From the NCBI GenBank assembly GCA_964247055.1, contig OZ176058.1, positions 3,782,001 through 3,846,000 of the forward strand: DNA of 64,000 bases, written 5' to 3'. The notes below the pieces were generated by a model that saw only the letters and a list, made by a program, of their open reading frames with translations, made no database searches and had not been told where the DNA came from. Origin of the DNA: Paragordius varius (lineage: Eukaryota; Animalia; Nematomorpha). Both the position numbers and the translations under genes were made by a program. Within the stretch, counting starts at the first letter, position 1; each line of letters begins with the position of its first letter. Shown here piece after piece: positions 1 through 15,450 of the stretch.

Positions 1-3000
1 AAAAAGCAATTGGGCAACATATTTTGATTATATGATTGTTGAAAATATATGTTTGATTGTTGGAAACAATGAAAAGCTATTGCGCAACATATTTTGTTTG
101 TTGGAAAATTATTTGATTGTTGAAAATATATGTTTGATTGTCGGAAACACTAAAAAGTTCAAAAACATAATTTAATTGTTGGAAAATATTTGATTGTGAA
201 AATATATGTTTCATTGTTGGAAACACTAAAAGGCTAATGGGCAACATATTTTGATTGTTGGAAAAATTATTTGATTGTTGAAAATATATGTTTGAATGTT
301 GGAATCACTAAATAGTAAAAGACAACTTATTTGATTGTTGAATAAATTATTTGATTGATGAAAATATATGTTTGATTGTTGGAAACAATAAAAAGCTATT
401 GGGCAACAAATTTTGATTGTTGGAAAAATTATTTGATTGTTGAAAAAATATGTTTAATTGTAGGAAACACTAAAAAGCTGTTGGGCAACATATTTTGATT
501 GTTTGAAAAATTTGATTGTTGAAAATATATGTTTGATTGTTGGAAACACTAAAAAGCAATTGTACAACATATTTTGATTATTTGATTGTTGAAAATATAT
601 GTTTGATTGTTGGAAACAATAAAAAGCTATTGCGCAACATATTTTGTTTGTTGGAAAATTATTTGATTGTTGAAAATATATGTTTGATTGTTGGAAACAC
701 TAAAAAGCTATTGGGCAACATATTTTGATTGTTGGAAAAATTATTTGATTCTTGAAAATAAATGTTTGATTGTTTGAAACAATAAAAAGCTATTGGGCAA
801 CATATTTTGATTGTTGGAAAAATTATTTGATTGTTAAAAATATATGTTTGATTGTTGGAAACAATAAAAAGCTATTGGGCAACATATTTTGACTGTTGGA
901 AAAATTATTTGATTGTGCAAATATATGTATGAGTGTTGGAAACACTAAAAAGCTATTGGGCATCATATTTTGATTGTTGAAGAAATTATTTGATTGTTGA
1001 AAATATATGTTTGATTGTTGGAAGCACTAAAAAGCTAAAAGACAACATAATTTGATTGTTGAAAAAATATGTTTGATTGTTGGAAACACTAAAAAACTAT
1101 TTATTGGGCAACATATTTTGATTGTTGGAAAAATTATTTGATTGTTGAAAATATATGTTTGAATGTTGGAATCACTAAATAGTTAAAAGACAACTTATTT
1201 GATTGTTGAATAAATTATTTGATTGTTGAAAATATATGTTTGATTGTTGGAAACAATAAAAAGCAATTGGGCAACATATTTTAATTGTTTGAAAAATTAT
1301 TTGATTGTTGAAAATATATGTTTGATTGTTTGAAACAATAAAAAGCTATTGGGCAACATAGTGTGATTGTTGGAAAAATTATTTGATTGTTAAAAATATA
1401 TGTTTGATTGTTGGAAACAATAAAAAGCTATTGGGCAACATATTTTGACTGTTGGAAAAATTATTTGATTCAAATATATGTATGAGTGTTGGAAACACTA
1501 AAAAGCTATTGGGAATCATATTTTGATTGTAGAAGAAATTATTTGATTGTTGAAAATATATGTTTGTTGGAAACATTAAAAAGCTATTGGGCAACATATT
1601 TTGATTGTTGGAGAAATTATTTGATTGTTGAAAATATATCTTTGATTGTTGGAAACAATAAATAGCTATTGGGCAACATATTTTGACTGTTGGAAAAATT
1701 ATTTGATTCAAATATATGTATGAGTGTTGGAAACACTAAAAAGCTATTGGGCATCATATTTTGATTGTTGAAGAAATTATTTGATTGTTGAAAATATATG
1801 TTTGATTGTTGGAAACACTAAAAAGTTAAAAGACAACATAATTTGATTGTTGAAAAAATATGTTTGATTGTTGGAAACACTAAAAAACTATTGGGCAACA
1901 TATTTTGATTGTTGGAAAAATTATTTGATTGTTGAAAATATATGTTTGAATGTTGGAATCACTAAATAGTTAAAAGACAACTTATTTGATTGTTGAATAA
2001 ATTATTTGATTGTTGAAAAAATATGTTTGATTGTTGGAAACACTAAAAAACTATTGGGCAACATATTTTGATTGTTGGAAAAATTATTTGTATGTTGAAA
2101 ATAAATGTTTGATTGTTGGAAACACTAAAAAGTTAAAAGACAACATATTTGATTGTTGAAAATATTATTTGATTGTTGAAAATATATGTTTGATTGTTGG
2201 AAACACTAAAAAGCTATTGGGCAAGATATTTTAATTGATGGAAAAATTATTTGATTGTTGAGAATATATGTTTGATTGTTGGAACCACTAAAAAGCTATT
2301 GGGCAAGATATTTTAATTGATGGAAAAATTATTTGATTGTTGAAAATATATGTTTGAATGTTGGATACAATAAAAACCGTTTGGACAACATATTTTGATT
2401 GTTGGAAAAATTATTTGATTGTTGAAAATATATGTTTGATTGTTGGATACAATAAAAAGCTGTTGGGCAACATATTTTGATTGTTTGAAAAATTATTTGA
2501 TTGTTGAAAATATATGTTTGATTGTTGGAAACACTAAAAAGCAATTGGGCAACATATTTTGATTATTTGATTGTTGAAAATATATGTTTGATTGTTGGAA
2601 ACAATAAAAAGCTATTGCGCAACATATTTTGATTGTTGGAAAAATTATTTGATTGTTGAAAATATATGTTTGAATGTTGGAATCACTAAATAGTTAAAAG
2701 ACAACTTATTTGATTGTTGAATAAATTATTTGATTGTTGAAAATATATGTTTGATTGTTGGAAACAATAAAAAGCTACTGGGCAACATATTTTGATTGTT
2801 GGAAAAATTATTTGATTGTTGAAAATATATCTTTGATTGTTGGAAACACTAAAAAGCAATTGGGCAACATATTTTGATTATTTGATTGTTGAAAATATAT
2901 GTTTGATTGTTGGAAACAATAAAAAGCTATTGCGCAACATATTTTGATTGTTGGAAAAATTATTTGATTGTTGAAAATATATGTTTGAATGTTGGAATCA

Positions 3001-6000
3001 CTAAATAGTTAAAAGACAACTTATTTGATTGTTGAATAAATTATTTGATTGTTGAAAATATATGTTTGATTGTTGGAAACAATAAAAAGCTATTGGGCAA
3101 CATATTTTGATTGTTGGAAAAATTATTTGATTGTTGAAAAAATATGTTTAATTGTTGGAAACACTAAAAAGCTGTTGGGCAACATATTTTGATTGTTTGA
3201 AAAATTATTTGATTGTTGAAAATATATGTTTGATTGTTGGAAACACTAAAAAGCAATTGGGCAACATATTTTGATTATATGATTGTTGAAAATATATGTT
3301 TGATTGTTGGAAACAATAAAAAGCTATTGCGCAACATATTTTGTTTGTTGGAAAATTATTTGATTGTTGAAAATATATGTTTGATTGTCGGAAACACTAA
3401 AAAGTTCAAAAACATAATTTAATTGTTGGAAAATATTTGATTGTGAAAATATATGTTTCATTGTTGGAAACACTAAAAGGCTAATGGGCAACATATTTTG
3501 ATTGTTGGAAAAATTATTTGATTGTTGAAAATATATGTTTGAATGTTGGAATCACTAAATAGTTAAAAGACAACTTATTTGATTGTTGAATAAATTATTT
3601 GATTGTTATAAATATATGTTTGATTGTTGGAAACAATAAAAAGCTATTGGGCAACATATTTTGATTGTTGGAAAAATTATTTGATTGTTGAAAAAATATG
3701 TTTAATTGTAGGAAACACTAAAAAGCTGTTGGGCAACATATTTTGATTGTTTGAAAAATTATTTGATTGTTGAAAATATATGTTTGATTGTTGGAAACAC
3801 TAAAAAGCAATTGGGCAACATATTTTGATTATTTGATTGTTGAAAATATATGTTTGATTGTTGAAAAAATATGTTTGATTGTTGGAAACACTAAAAAGTT
3901 CAAAAACATAATTTAATTGTTGGAAAATATTTGATTGTGAAAATATATGTTTCATTGTTGGAAACACTAAAAAGCTATTGGGCAAGATATTTTAATTGAT
4001 GGAAAAATTATTTGATTGTTGAAAATATATGTTTGATTGTTGGATACAATAAAAAGCTATTGGACAACATATTTTGATTGTTGGAAAAATTATTTGATTG
4101 TTGAAAATATATGTTTGATTGTCGGAAACACTAAAAAGTTCAAAAACATAATTTAATTGTTGGAAAATATTTGATTGTGAAAATATATGTTTCATTGTTG
4201 GAAACACTAAAAAGCTATTGGGCAAGATATTTTAATTGATGGAAAAATTATTTGATTGTTGAAAATATATGTTTGATTGTTGGATACAATAAAAAGCTAT
4301 TGGACAACATATTTTGATTGTTGGAAAAATTATTTGATTGTTGAAAATATATGTTTGATTGTTGGATACAATAAAAAGCTATTGGACAACATATTTTGAT
4401 TGTTGGAAAAATTATTTGATTGTTGAAAATATATGTTTGATTGTTGGAAACAAAAAAAAGCTATTGGGCAACATATTTTGATTGTTGGAAAAGTTATTTG
4501 ATTGTTGAAAATATATGTTTGATTGTTAGAAACACTAAAAAGTTAAAAAATATAATTTAATTGTTGGAAAATATTTGATTGTGAAAATATATGTCTGATT
4601 GTTGGAAACACTAAAAAGTGAAAAAACATAATTTAATTGTTGGATATTTGATTGTGCAAATATATGTTTAATTGTTGGAAACACTAAAAAGTTATTGGGC
4701 ATCATATTTTGATTGTTGGAGAAATTATTTGATTTTTTAAAATATATGTTTGATTGTTGTAAACACTAAAAAGTTAAAAGACAACATAATTTGATTGTTG
4801 AAAAAATTATTTGATTGGTGCAAATATATGTTTTGTTGGAAACACTAAAAATTTAAAAAACATAATTTGATTGTTGGAAAAATTATTTCATTGTTGAAAA
4901 TATATGTTTGATTGTTGGAAATACTAAACAGATATCAGGAAACATATTTTGATTATTGGAAAAATTATTTGATTAAGAAAATATATGTTTGAATGTTGGA
5001 AACACTAAAAAACTATTGAACATATTTTGATTGTTGAAAAAATTATTTGATTGTTGAAAAAATATGTTTGATTGTTGGAAACACTAAAAAGTTCAAAAAC
5101 ATAATTTAATTGTTGGAAAATATTTGATTGTGAAAATATATGTTTCATTGTTGGAAACACTAAAAAGCTATTGGGCAAGATATTTTAATTGATGGAAAAA
5201 TTATTTGATTGTTGAAAATATATGTTTGATTGTTGGATACAATAAAAAGCTATTGGACAACATATTTTGATTGTTGGAAAAATTATTTGATTGTTGAAAA
5301 TATATGTTTGATTGTTGGATACAATAAAAAGCTAATGGGCAACATATTTTGATTGTTGGAAAAATTCTTTGATTGTTGAAAATATATGTTTAATTGTTAG
5401 AAAAACTAAAAAGCTGTTAGGCAACATATTTTGATTGTTTGAAAAATTATTTGATTGTTGAAAATATATGTTTGATTGTTAGAAACACTAAAAAGTTAAA
5501 AAATATAATTTAATTGTTGGAAAATATTTGATTGTGAAAATATATGTCTGATTGTTGGTAACACTAAAAAGCTATTGGGCAACATATTTAAATTGTTGGA
5601 AAAATTATTTGATTGTTGAAAATATATGTTTGATTGTTGGAAACACTAAAAAGTTAAAAAACATAATTTGATTGTTGGAAAAATTATTTGATTGGTGCAA
5701 ATATATGTTTGATTGTTGGAAACACTAAAAATTTAAAAAACATAATTTGATTGTTGGAAAAATTATTTCATTGTTGAAAATATATGTTTGATTGTTGGAA
5801 ATACTAAACAGATATCAGGAAACATATTTTGATTATTGGAAAAATTATTTGATTAAGAAAATATATGTTTGAATGTTGGAAACACTAAAAAGTTAAAAAC
5901 ATAATTTGATTGTTGGAAAATATTTGATTGTTGAAAATATATGTTTGATTGTTGGAAATATTAAACAGCTATCAGGCAACATATTTTGAATATTGGAAAA

Positions 6001-8262
6001 ATTATTTGATTAATGAAAAAATATGTTTGATTGTTTGAAACACCAAAAGGTTATTGGGCAACATATTTAGTTGGTTAAAAAATTATTTGATTGTTAAAAA
6101 TATAAGTTTGATATTTGGAAATAATATTTAATTGTTTAAAATATATGTTTGATTGTTGGTAACACTAAAAAGCTATTGGGAAACATATTTTGATTGTGGG
6201 AAAATTTATTTGATTGTGCAAATATATGTTTGATTTTTGGAAACACTAAAAAGCTGGGCATCATATTTGGATTGTTGGAAAAATTATTTGATTGTTGAAA
6301 ATATGGAAACAATAAAAAGCTATTGGGCAACATATTTTGATTGTTTGAAAAAATATTTGATTGTTGAAAATATATGTTTGATTGTTGGAAACCATAAAAA
6401 GCTTTGGGCAACATATTTTGATTGTTGGAAAATTTATTTGATTGTTGATAATATATGTTTGATTGTTGGAAACACTAAAAAGTTAAAAAACATAATTTGA
6501 TTGTTGGAAATTATTTGATTGTGAAAATATATGTTTGATTGTTGGAAACACTAAAAAGCTATTGGGCAACATATTTAAATTGTTGGAAAAATATTTGATT
6601 GTTGAAAATATATGTTTAATTGTTAGAAACACTAAAAAGTAGACACATAATTTGATTGTTGAAAAAATTATTTGATTGTTGAAAATATATGTTTGATTGT
6701 TGGAAACACTAAAAAGTGAAAAGAAAACATATTTTGATTGTTGGAAAATTTATTTGATTGTTGAAAATATATGTTTGATTGTTGGAAATACTAAAAATCT
6801 ATTAGGCAACATATTTTAATTGTTGGAAAAATTATTTGATTGTTGAAAATATATGTTTAATTGTTAGAAACACTAAAAAGCTGTTGGGCAACATATTTTA
6901 ATTGTTGGAAAAATTATTTGATTGTTGAAAATATATGTTTGATTGTTAGAAACACTAAAAAGTTAAAAAACATAATTTAATTGTTGGAAAATATTTGATT
7001 GTGAAAATATATGTTGTTGGTAACACTAAAAAGCTATTGGGCAACATATTTAAATTTTTGGAAAAATTATTTGATTGTTGAAAATATATGTTTGATTGTT
7101 GGAAACACTAAAAAGTTAAAAAACATAATTTGATTGTTGGAAAAATTATTTGATTGGTGTAAATATATGTTTGTTTGTTGGAAACACTAAATATTTAAAA
7201 AACATAATTTGATTGTTGGAAAAACTATTTCATTGTTGAAAATATATGTTTGATTGTTGGAAATACTAAACAGATATCAGGAAACATATTTTGAATATTG
7301 GAAAAATTATTTGATTGTTGAAAATATATGTTTGATTGTTGGAAACACTAAAAAGTAGACACATAATTTAATTGTTGAAAAAATTATTTGATTGTTGGAA
7401 ACACTAAAAAACTATTGGGCAACATATTTTGATTGTTGGAAAAGTTATTTGATTGTTGAAAATATATGTTTAATTGTTGGAAACACTAAAAAGTTAAAAA
7501 ACATAATTTAATTGTTGGATATTTGATTGTGCAAATATATGTTTAATTGTTGGAAACAATAAAAAGTTATTGGGCATCATATTTTGATTGTTGGAGAAAT
7601 TATTTGATTTTTTAAAATATATGTTTGATTGTTGTAAACACTAAAAAGTTAAAAGACAACATAATTTGATTGTTGAAAAAATTATTTGATTGGTGCAAAT
7701 ATATGTTTTGTTGGAAACACTAAAAATTTAAAAAACATAATTTGATTGTTGGAAAACTTATTTCATTGTTGAAAATATATGTTTGATTGTTGGAAATACT
7801 AAACAGATATCAGGAAACATATTTTGATTATTGGAAAAATTATTTGATTAAGAAAATATATGTTTGAATGTTGGAAACACTAAAAAACTATTGGGCAACA
7901 TATTTTGATTGTTGAAAAAATTATTTGATTGTTGAAAAAATATGTTTGATTGTTGGAAACACTAAAAAGCAATTGGGCAACATATTTTGATTATTTGATT
8001 GTTGAAAATATATGTTTGATTGTTGGAAACAATAAAAAGCTATTGCGCAACATATTTTGTTTGTTGGAAAATTATTTGATTGTTGAAAATATATGTTTGA
8101 TTGTCGGAAACACTAAAAAGTTCAAAAACATAATTTAATTGTTGGAAAATATTTGATTGTGAATATATGTTTCATTGTTGGAAACACTAAAAAGCTATTG
8201 GGCAAGATATTTTAATTGATGGAAAAATTATTTGATTGTTGAAAATATATGTTTGATTGTTA

Positions 8263-11200
8263 GAAACACTAAAAAGTTAAAAAACATAATTTAATTGCTG
8301 GAAAATATTTGATTGTGAAAATATATGTTGTTGGTAACACTAAAAAGCTATTGGGCAACATATTTAAATTTTTGGAAAAATTATTTGATTGTTGAAAATA
8401 TATGTTTGATTGTTGGAAACACAAAAAGTTAAAAATGTTGGAAAAATTATTTGATTGGTGTAAATATATGTTTGTTTGTTGGAAACACTAAAAATTTAAA
8501 AAACATAATTTGATTGTTGGAAAAACTATTTCATTGTTGAAAATATATGTTTGATTGTTGGAAATACTAAACAGATATCAGGAAACATATTTTGATTATT
8601 GGAAAAATATTTGATTGTTGAAAACACTAAAAAGTAGACACATAATTTGATTGTTGAAAAAATTATTTGATTGTTGGAAACACTAAAAAACTATTGGGCA
8701 ACATATTTTGATTGTTGGAAAAGTTATTTGATTGTTGAAAATATATGTTTAATTGTTGGAAACACTAAAAAGTTAAAAAACATAATTTAATTGTTGGATA
8801 TTTGATTGTGCAAATATATGTTTAATTGCTGGAAACACTAAAAAGTTATTGGGCATCATATTTTGATTGTTGGAGAAATTATTTGATTTTTTAAAATATA
8901 TGTTTGATTGTTGTAAACACTAAAAAGTTAAAAGACAACATAATTTGATTGTTGAAAAAATTATTTGATTGGTGCAAATATATGTTTTGTTGGAAACACT
9001 AAAAATTTAAAAAAACATAATTTGATTGTTGGAAAAATTATTTCATTGTTGAAAATATATGTTTGATTGTTGGAAATACTAAACAGATATCAGGAAACAT
9101 ATTTTGATTATTGGAAAAATTATTTGATTAAGAAAATATATGTTTGAATGTTGGAAACACTAAAAAGCTATGGGGCAACATAATTTGATTGTTGAAAAAA
9201 TTATTTGATTGTTGAAAATATATGTTTGATTTTAATTGTTAGAAACACTAAAAAGTAGACACATAATTTGATTGTTGAAAAAATTATTTGATTAAGAAAA
9301 TATATGTTTGATTGTTGGAAATATTAAACAGCTATCAGGCAACATATTTTGAATATTGGAAAAATTATTTGATTGTTGAAAAAATATGTTTAATTGTTAG
9401 AAACATTAAAAAGCTATAAGGCAACATATTTTGATTGTTGGAGAAATTATTTGATTGTTGAAAATATATGTTTGATTGTTGGAACTAAAAAGTGAAAAGA
9501 AAACATATTTTGATTGTTGGAAAAATTATTTGATTGTTGAAAATATATGTTTGATTGTTGGAAACACTTAAAAGTGAAAAGAAAACATATTTTGATTGTT
9601 GGAAAATTTATTTGATTGTTGAAAATATATGTTTGATTGTTGGAAATACTAAAAAGCTATTAGGCAACATATTTTGATTGTTGGAAAAATTATTTGATTG
9701 TTGAAAATATATGTTTAATTGTTAGAAACACTAAAAAGCTGTTGGGCAACATATTTTGATTGTTTGAAAAATTATTTGATTGTTGAAAATATATGTTTGA
9801 TTGTTAGAAACACTAAAAAGCTATTGGGCAACATATTTTGATTGTTTGAAAAATTATTTGATTGTTGAAAATATATGTTTGATTGTTGGAAACACTAAAA
9901 AGTTAAAAAACATAACTTAATTGTTGGAAAATATTTGATTGTGAAAATATATGTTTGATTGTTGGAAACACTAAAAAGTAGACACATAATTTGATTGTTG
10001 AAAAAATTATTTGATTGTTGGAAACACTAAAAAACTATTGGGCAACATATTTTGATTGTTGGAAAAATTATTTGATTGTTGAAAATATATGTTTGATTGT
10101 TGGAACTAAAAAGTGAAAAGAAAACATATTTTGATTGTTGGAAAAATTATTTGATTGTTGAAAATATATGTTTGATTGTTGGAAACACTTAAAAGTGAAA
10201 AGAAAACATATTTTGATTGTTGGAAAATTAATTTGATTGTTGAAAATATATGTTTGATTGTTGGAAATACTAAAAAGCTATTAGTCAACATATTTTGATT
10301 GTTGGAAAAATTATTTGATTGTTGAAAATATATGTTTAATTGTTAGAAACACTAAAAAGCTGTTGGGCAACATATTTTGATTGTTTGAAAAATTATTTGA
10401 TTGTTGAAAATATATGTTTGATTGTTAGAAACACTAAAAAGCTATTGGGCAACATATTTTGATTGTTTGAAAAATTATTTGATTGTTGAAAATATATGTT
10501 TGATTGTTGGAAACACTAAAAAGTTAAAAAACATAATTTAATTGCTGGAAAATATTTGATTGTGAAAATATATGTTGTTGGTAACACTAAAAAGCTATTG
10601 GGCAACATATTTAAATTTTTGGAAAAATTATTTGATTGTTGAAAATATATGTTTGATTGTTGGAAACACAAAAAGTTAAAAATGTTGGAAAAATTATTTG
10701 ATTGGTGTAAATATATGTTTGTTTGTTGGAAACACTAAAAATTTAAAAAACATAATTTGATTGTTGGAAAAACTATTTCATTGTTGAAAATATATGTTTG
10801 ATTGTTGGAAATACTAAACAGATATCAGGAAACATATTTTGATTATTGGAAAAATATTTGATTGTTGAAAACACTAAAAAGTAGACACATAATTTGATTG
10901 TTGAAAAAATTATTTGATTGTTGGAAACACTAAAAAACTATTGGGCAACATATTTTGATTGTTGGAAAAGTTATTTGATTGTTGAAAATATATGTTTAAT
11001 TGTTGGAAACACTAAAAAGTTAAAAAACATAATTTAATTGTTGGATATTTGATTGTGCAAATATATGTTTAATTGCTGGAAACACTAAAAAGTTATTGGG
11101 CATCATATTTTGATTGTTGGAGAAATTATTTGATTTTTTAAAATATATGTTTGATTGTTGTAAACACTAAAAAGTTAAAAGACAACATAATTTGATTGTT

Positions 11201-12783
11201 GAAAAAATTATTTGATTGGTGCAGATATATGTTTTGTTGGAAACACTAAAAATTTAAAAAAACATAATTTGATTGTTGGAAAAATTATTTCATTGTTGAA
11301 AATATATGTTTGATTGTTGGAAATACTAAACAGATATCAGGAAACATATTTTGATTATTGGAAAAATTATTTGATTAAGAAAATATATGTTTGAATGTTG
11401 GAAACACTAAAAAGCTATGGGGCAACATAATTTGATTGTTGAAAAAATTATTTGATTGTTGAAAATATATGTTTGATTTTAATTGTTAGAAACACTAAAA
11501 AGTAGACACATAATTTGATTGTTGAAAAAATTATTTGATTAAGAAAATATATGTTTGATTGTTGGAAATATTAAACAGCTATCAGGCAACATATTTTGAA
11601 TATTGGAAAAATTATTTGATTGTTGAAAAAATATGTTTAATTGTTAGAAACATTAAAAAGCTATAAGGCAACATATTTTGATTGTTGGAGAAATTATTTG
11701 ATTGTTGAAAATATATGTTTGATTGTTGGAACTAAAAAGTGAAAAGAAAACATATTTTGATTGTTGGAAAAATTATTTGATTGTTGAAAATATATGTTTG
11801 ATTGTTGGAAACACTTAAAAGTGAAAAGAAAACATATTTTGATTGTTGGAAAATTTATTTGATTGTTGAAAATATATGTTTGATTGTTGGAAATACTAAA
11901 AAGCTATTAGGCAACATATTTTGATTGTTGGAAAAATTATTTGATTGTTGAAAATATATGTTTAATTGTTAGAAACACTAAAAAGCTGTTGGGCAACATA
12001 TTTTGATTGTTTGAAAAATTATTTGATTGTTGAAAATATATGTTTGATTGTTAGAAACACTAAAAAGCTATTGGGCAACATATTTTGATTGTTTGAAAAA
12101 TTATTTGATTGTTGAAAATATATGTTTGATTGTTGGAAACACTAAAAAGTTAAAAAACATAACTTAATTGTTGGAAAATATTTGATTGTGAAAATATATG
12201 TTTGATTGTTGGAAACACTAAAAAGTAGACACATAATTTGATTGTTGAAAAAATTATTTGATTGTTGGAAACACTAAAAAACTATTGGGCAACATATTTT
12301 GATTGTTGGAAAAATTATTTGATTGTTGAAAATATATGTTTGATTGTTGGAACTAAAAAGTGAAAAGAAAACATATTTTGATTGTTGGAAAAATTATTTG
12401 ATTGTTGAAAATATATGTTTGATTGTTGGAAACACTTAAAAGTGAAAAGAAAACATATTTTGATTGTTGGAAAATTAATTTGATTGTTGAAAATATATGT
12501 TTGATTGTTGGAAATACTAAAAAGCTATTAGTCAACATATTTTGATTGTTGGAAAAATTATTTGATTGTTGAAAATATATGTTTAATTGTTAGAAACACT
12601 AAAAAGCTGTTGGGCAACATATTTTGATTGTTTGAAAAATTATTTGATTGTTGAAAATATATGTTTGATTGTTAGAAACACTAAAAAGCTATTGGGCAAC
12701 ATATTTTGATTGTTTGAAAAATTATTTGATTGTTGAAAATATATGTTTGATTGTTGGAAACACTAAAAAGTTAAAAAACATAA
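8263..12783 (+). repeat. 2247-bp tandem duplication inside copy 1
   Basis: Markers AATTGCTGG (C at 8298/10545) and GGAACTAAAAAGTG (9481/11728, 10102/12349) are all offset by 2247. The junction lies between 10510 and 10536. Confidence 0.88.
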
Positions 12784-15450
12784 CTTAATTGTTGGAAAAT
12801 ATTTGATTGTGAAAATATATGTTTGATTGTTGGAAACACTAAAAAGTGGACACATAATTTGATTGTTGAAAAAATTATTTGATTGTTGGAAACACTAAAA
12901 AACTATTGGGCAACATATTTTGATCGTTGGAAAAATTATTTGATTGTTGAAAATATATGTTTGATTCTTGGAACTAAAAAGTGAAAAGAAAACATATTTT
13001 GATTGTTGGAAATATTATTTGATTGTTGAAAATATATGTTTGATTGTTGGAAACACTAAAAAGTGAAAAGAAAACATATTTTGATTGTTGGAAAATTTAT
13101 TTGATTGTTGAAAATATATGTTTGATTGTTGGAAATACTAAAAAGCTATTAGGCAACATATTTTGATTGTTGGAAAAATTATTTGATTGTTGAAAATATA
13201 TGTTTAATGTTAGAAACACTAAAAAGCTGTTGTGCAACATATTTTGATTGTTTGAAAAATTATTTGATTGTTGAAAATATATGTTTGATTGTTAGAAACA
13301 CTAAAAAGCTATTGGGCAACATATTTTGATTGTTTGAAAAATTATTTGATTGTTGAAAATATATGTTTGATTGTTGGAAACACTAAAAAGTTAAAAAACA
13401 TAATTTAATTGTTGGAAAATATTTGATTGTGAAAATATATGTTTGATTGTTGGAAACACTAAAAAGTTAAAAGACAACATAATTTGATTGTTGAAAAAAT
13501 TATTTGATTGTTGGAAACACTAAAAAACTATGGGGCAACATATTTTGATTGTTGGAAAAATTATTTGATTGTTGAAAATATATGTTTGATTGTTGGAACT
13601 AAAAAGTGAAAAGAAAACATATTTTGATTGTTGGAAAAATTATTTGATTGTTGAAAATATATGTTTGATTGTTGGAAACACTTAAAAGTGAAAAGAAAAC
13701 ATATTTTGATTGTTGGAAAATTTATTTGATTGTTGAAAATATATGTTTGATTGTTGGAAATACTAAAAAGCTATTAGGCAACATATTTTGATTGTTGGAA
13801 AAATTATTTGATTGTTGAAAATATATGTTTAATTGTTAGAAACACCAAAAAGCTGTTGGGCAACATATTTTGATTGTTTGAAAAATTCTTTGATTGTTGA
13901 AAATATATGTTTGATTGTTAGAAACACTAAAAAGCTATTGGGCAACATATTTTGATTGTTTGAAAAATTATTTGATTGTTGAAAATATATGTTTGATTGT
14001 TGGAAACACTAAAAAGTTAAAAAACATAACTTAATTGTTGGAAAATATTTGATTGTGAAAATATATGTTTGATTGTTGGAAACACTAAAAAGTAGACACA
14101 TAATTTGATTGTTGAAAAAATTATTTGATTGTTGGAAACACTAAAAAAACTATTGGGCAACATATTTTGATTGTTGGAAAAATTATTTGATTGTTGAAAA
14201 TATATGTTTGATTGTTGGAACTAAAAAGTGAAAAGAAAACATATTTTGATTGTTGGAAAAATTATTTGATTGTTGAAAATATATGTTTGATTGTTGGAAA
14301 CACTTAAAAGTGAAAAGAAAACATATTTTGATTGTTGGAAAATATTTGATTGTGAAAATATATGTTTGATTGTTGGAAATACTAAAAAGCTATTAGGCAA
14401 CATATTTTGATTGTTGGAAAAATTATTTGATTGTTGAAAATATATGTTTAATTGTTAGAAACACTAAAAAGCTGTTGGGCAACATATTTTGATTGTTTGA
14501 AAAATTATTTGATTGTTGAAAATATATGTTTGATTGTTAGAAACACTAAAAAGCTATTGGGCAACATATTTTGATTGTTTGAAAAATTATTTGATTGTTG
14601 AAAATATATGTTTGATTGTTGGAAACACTAAAAAGTTAAAAAACATAACTTAATTGTTGGAAAATATTTGATTGTGAAAATATATGTTTGATTGTTGGAA
14701 ACACTAAAAAGTAGACACATAATTTGATTGTTGAAAAAATTATTTGATTGTTGGAAACACTAAAAAACTATTGGGCAACATATTTTGATCGTTGGAAAAA
14801 TTATTTGATTGTTGAAAATATATGTTTGATTGTTGGAACTAAAAAGTGAAAAGAAAACATATTTTGATTGTTGGAAATATTATTTGATTGTTGAAAATAT
14901 ATGTTTGATTGTTGGAAACACTAAAAAGTGAAAAGAAAACATATTTTGATTGTTGGAAAATTTATTTGATTGTTGAAAATATATGTTTGATTGTTGGAAA
15001 TACTAAAAAGCTATTAGGCAACATATTTTGATTGTTGGAAAAATTATTTGATTGTTGAAAATATATGTTTAATTGTTAGAAACACTAAAAAGCTGTTGGG
15101 CAACATATTTTGATTGTTTGAAAAATTATTTGATTGTTGAAAATATATGTTTGATTGTTAGAAACACTAAAAAGCTATTGGGCAACATATTTTGATTGTT
15201 TGAAAAATTATTTGATTGTTGAAAATATATGTTTGATTGTTTGAAACACTAAAAAGTTAAAAAACATAATTTAATTGTTGGAAAATATTTGATTGTGAAA
15301 ATATATGTTTGATTGTTGGAAACACTAAAAAGTTAAAAGACAACATAATTTGATTGTTGAAAAAATTATTTGATTGTTGGAAACACTAAAAAACTATGGG
15401 GCAACATATTTTGATTGTTGGAAAAAATTTTTGATTGTTGAAAGTATATG
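11728..15450 (+). repeat. ~621-bp higher-order repeat (about 8 monomers) x6, mirrored at ~26.5-30.2 kb
   Basis: The deleted-variant monomer GGAACTAAAAAGTGAAAAG recurs at 11728, 12349, 12970, 13595, 14217 and 14835 (spacings 621, 621, 625, 622, 618). Confidence 0.88.
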
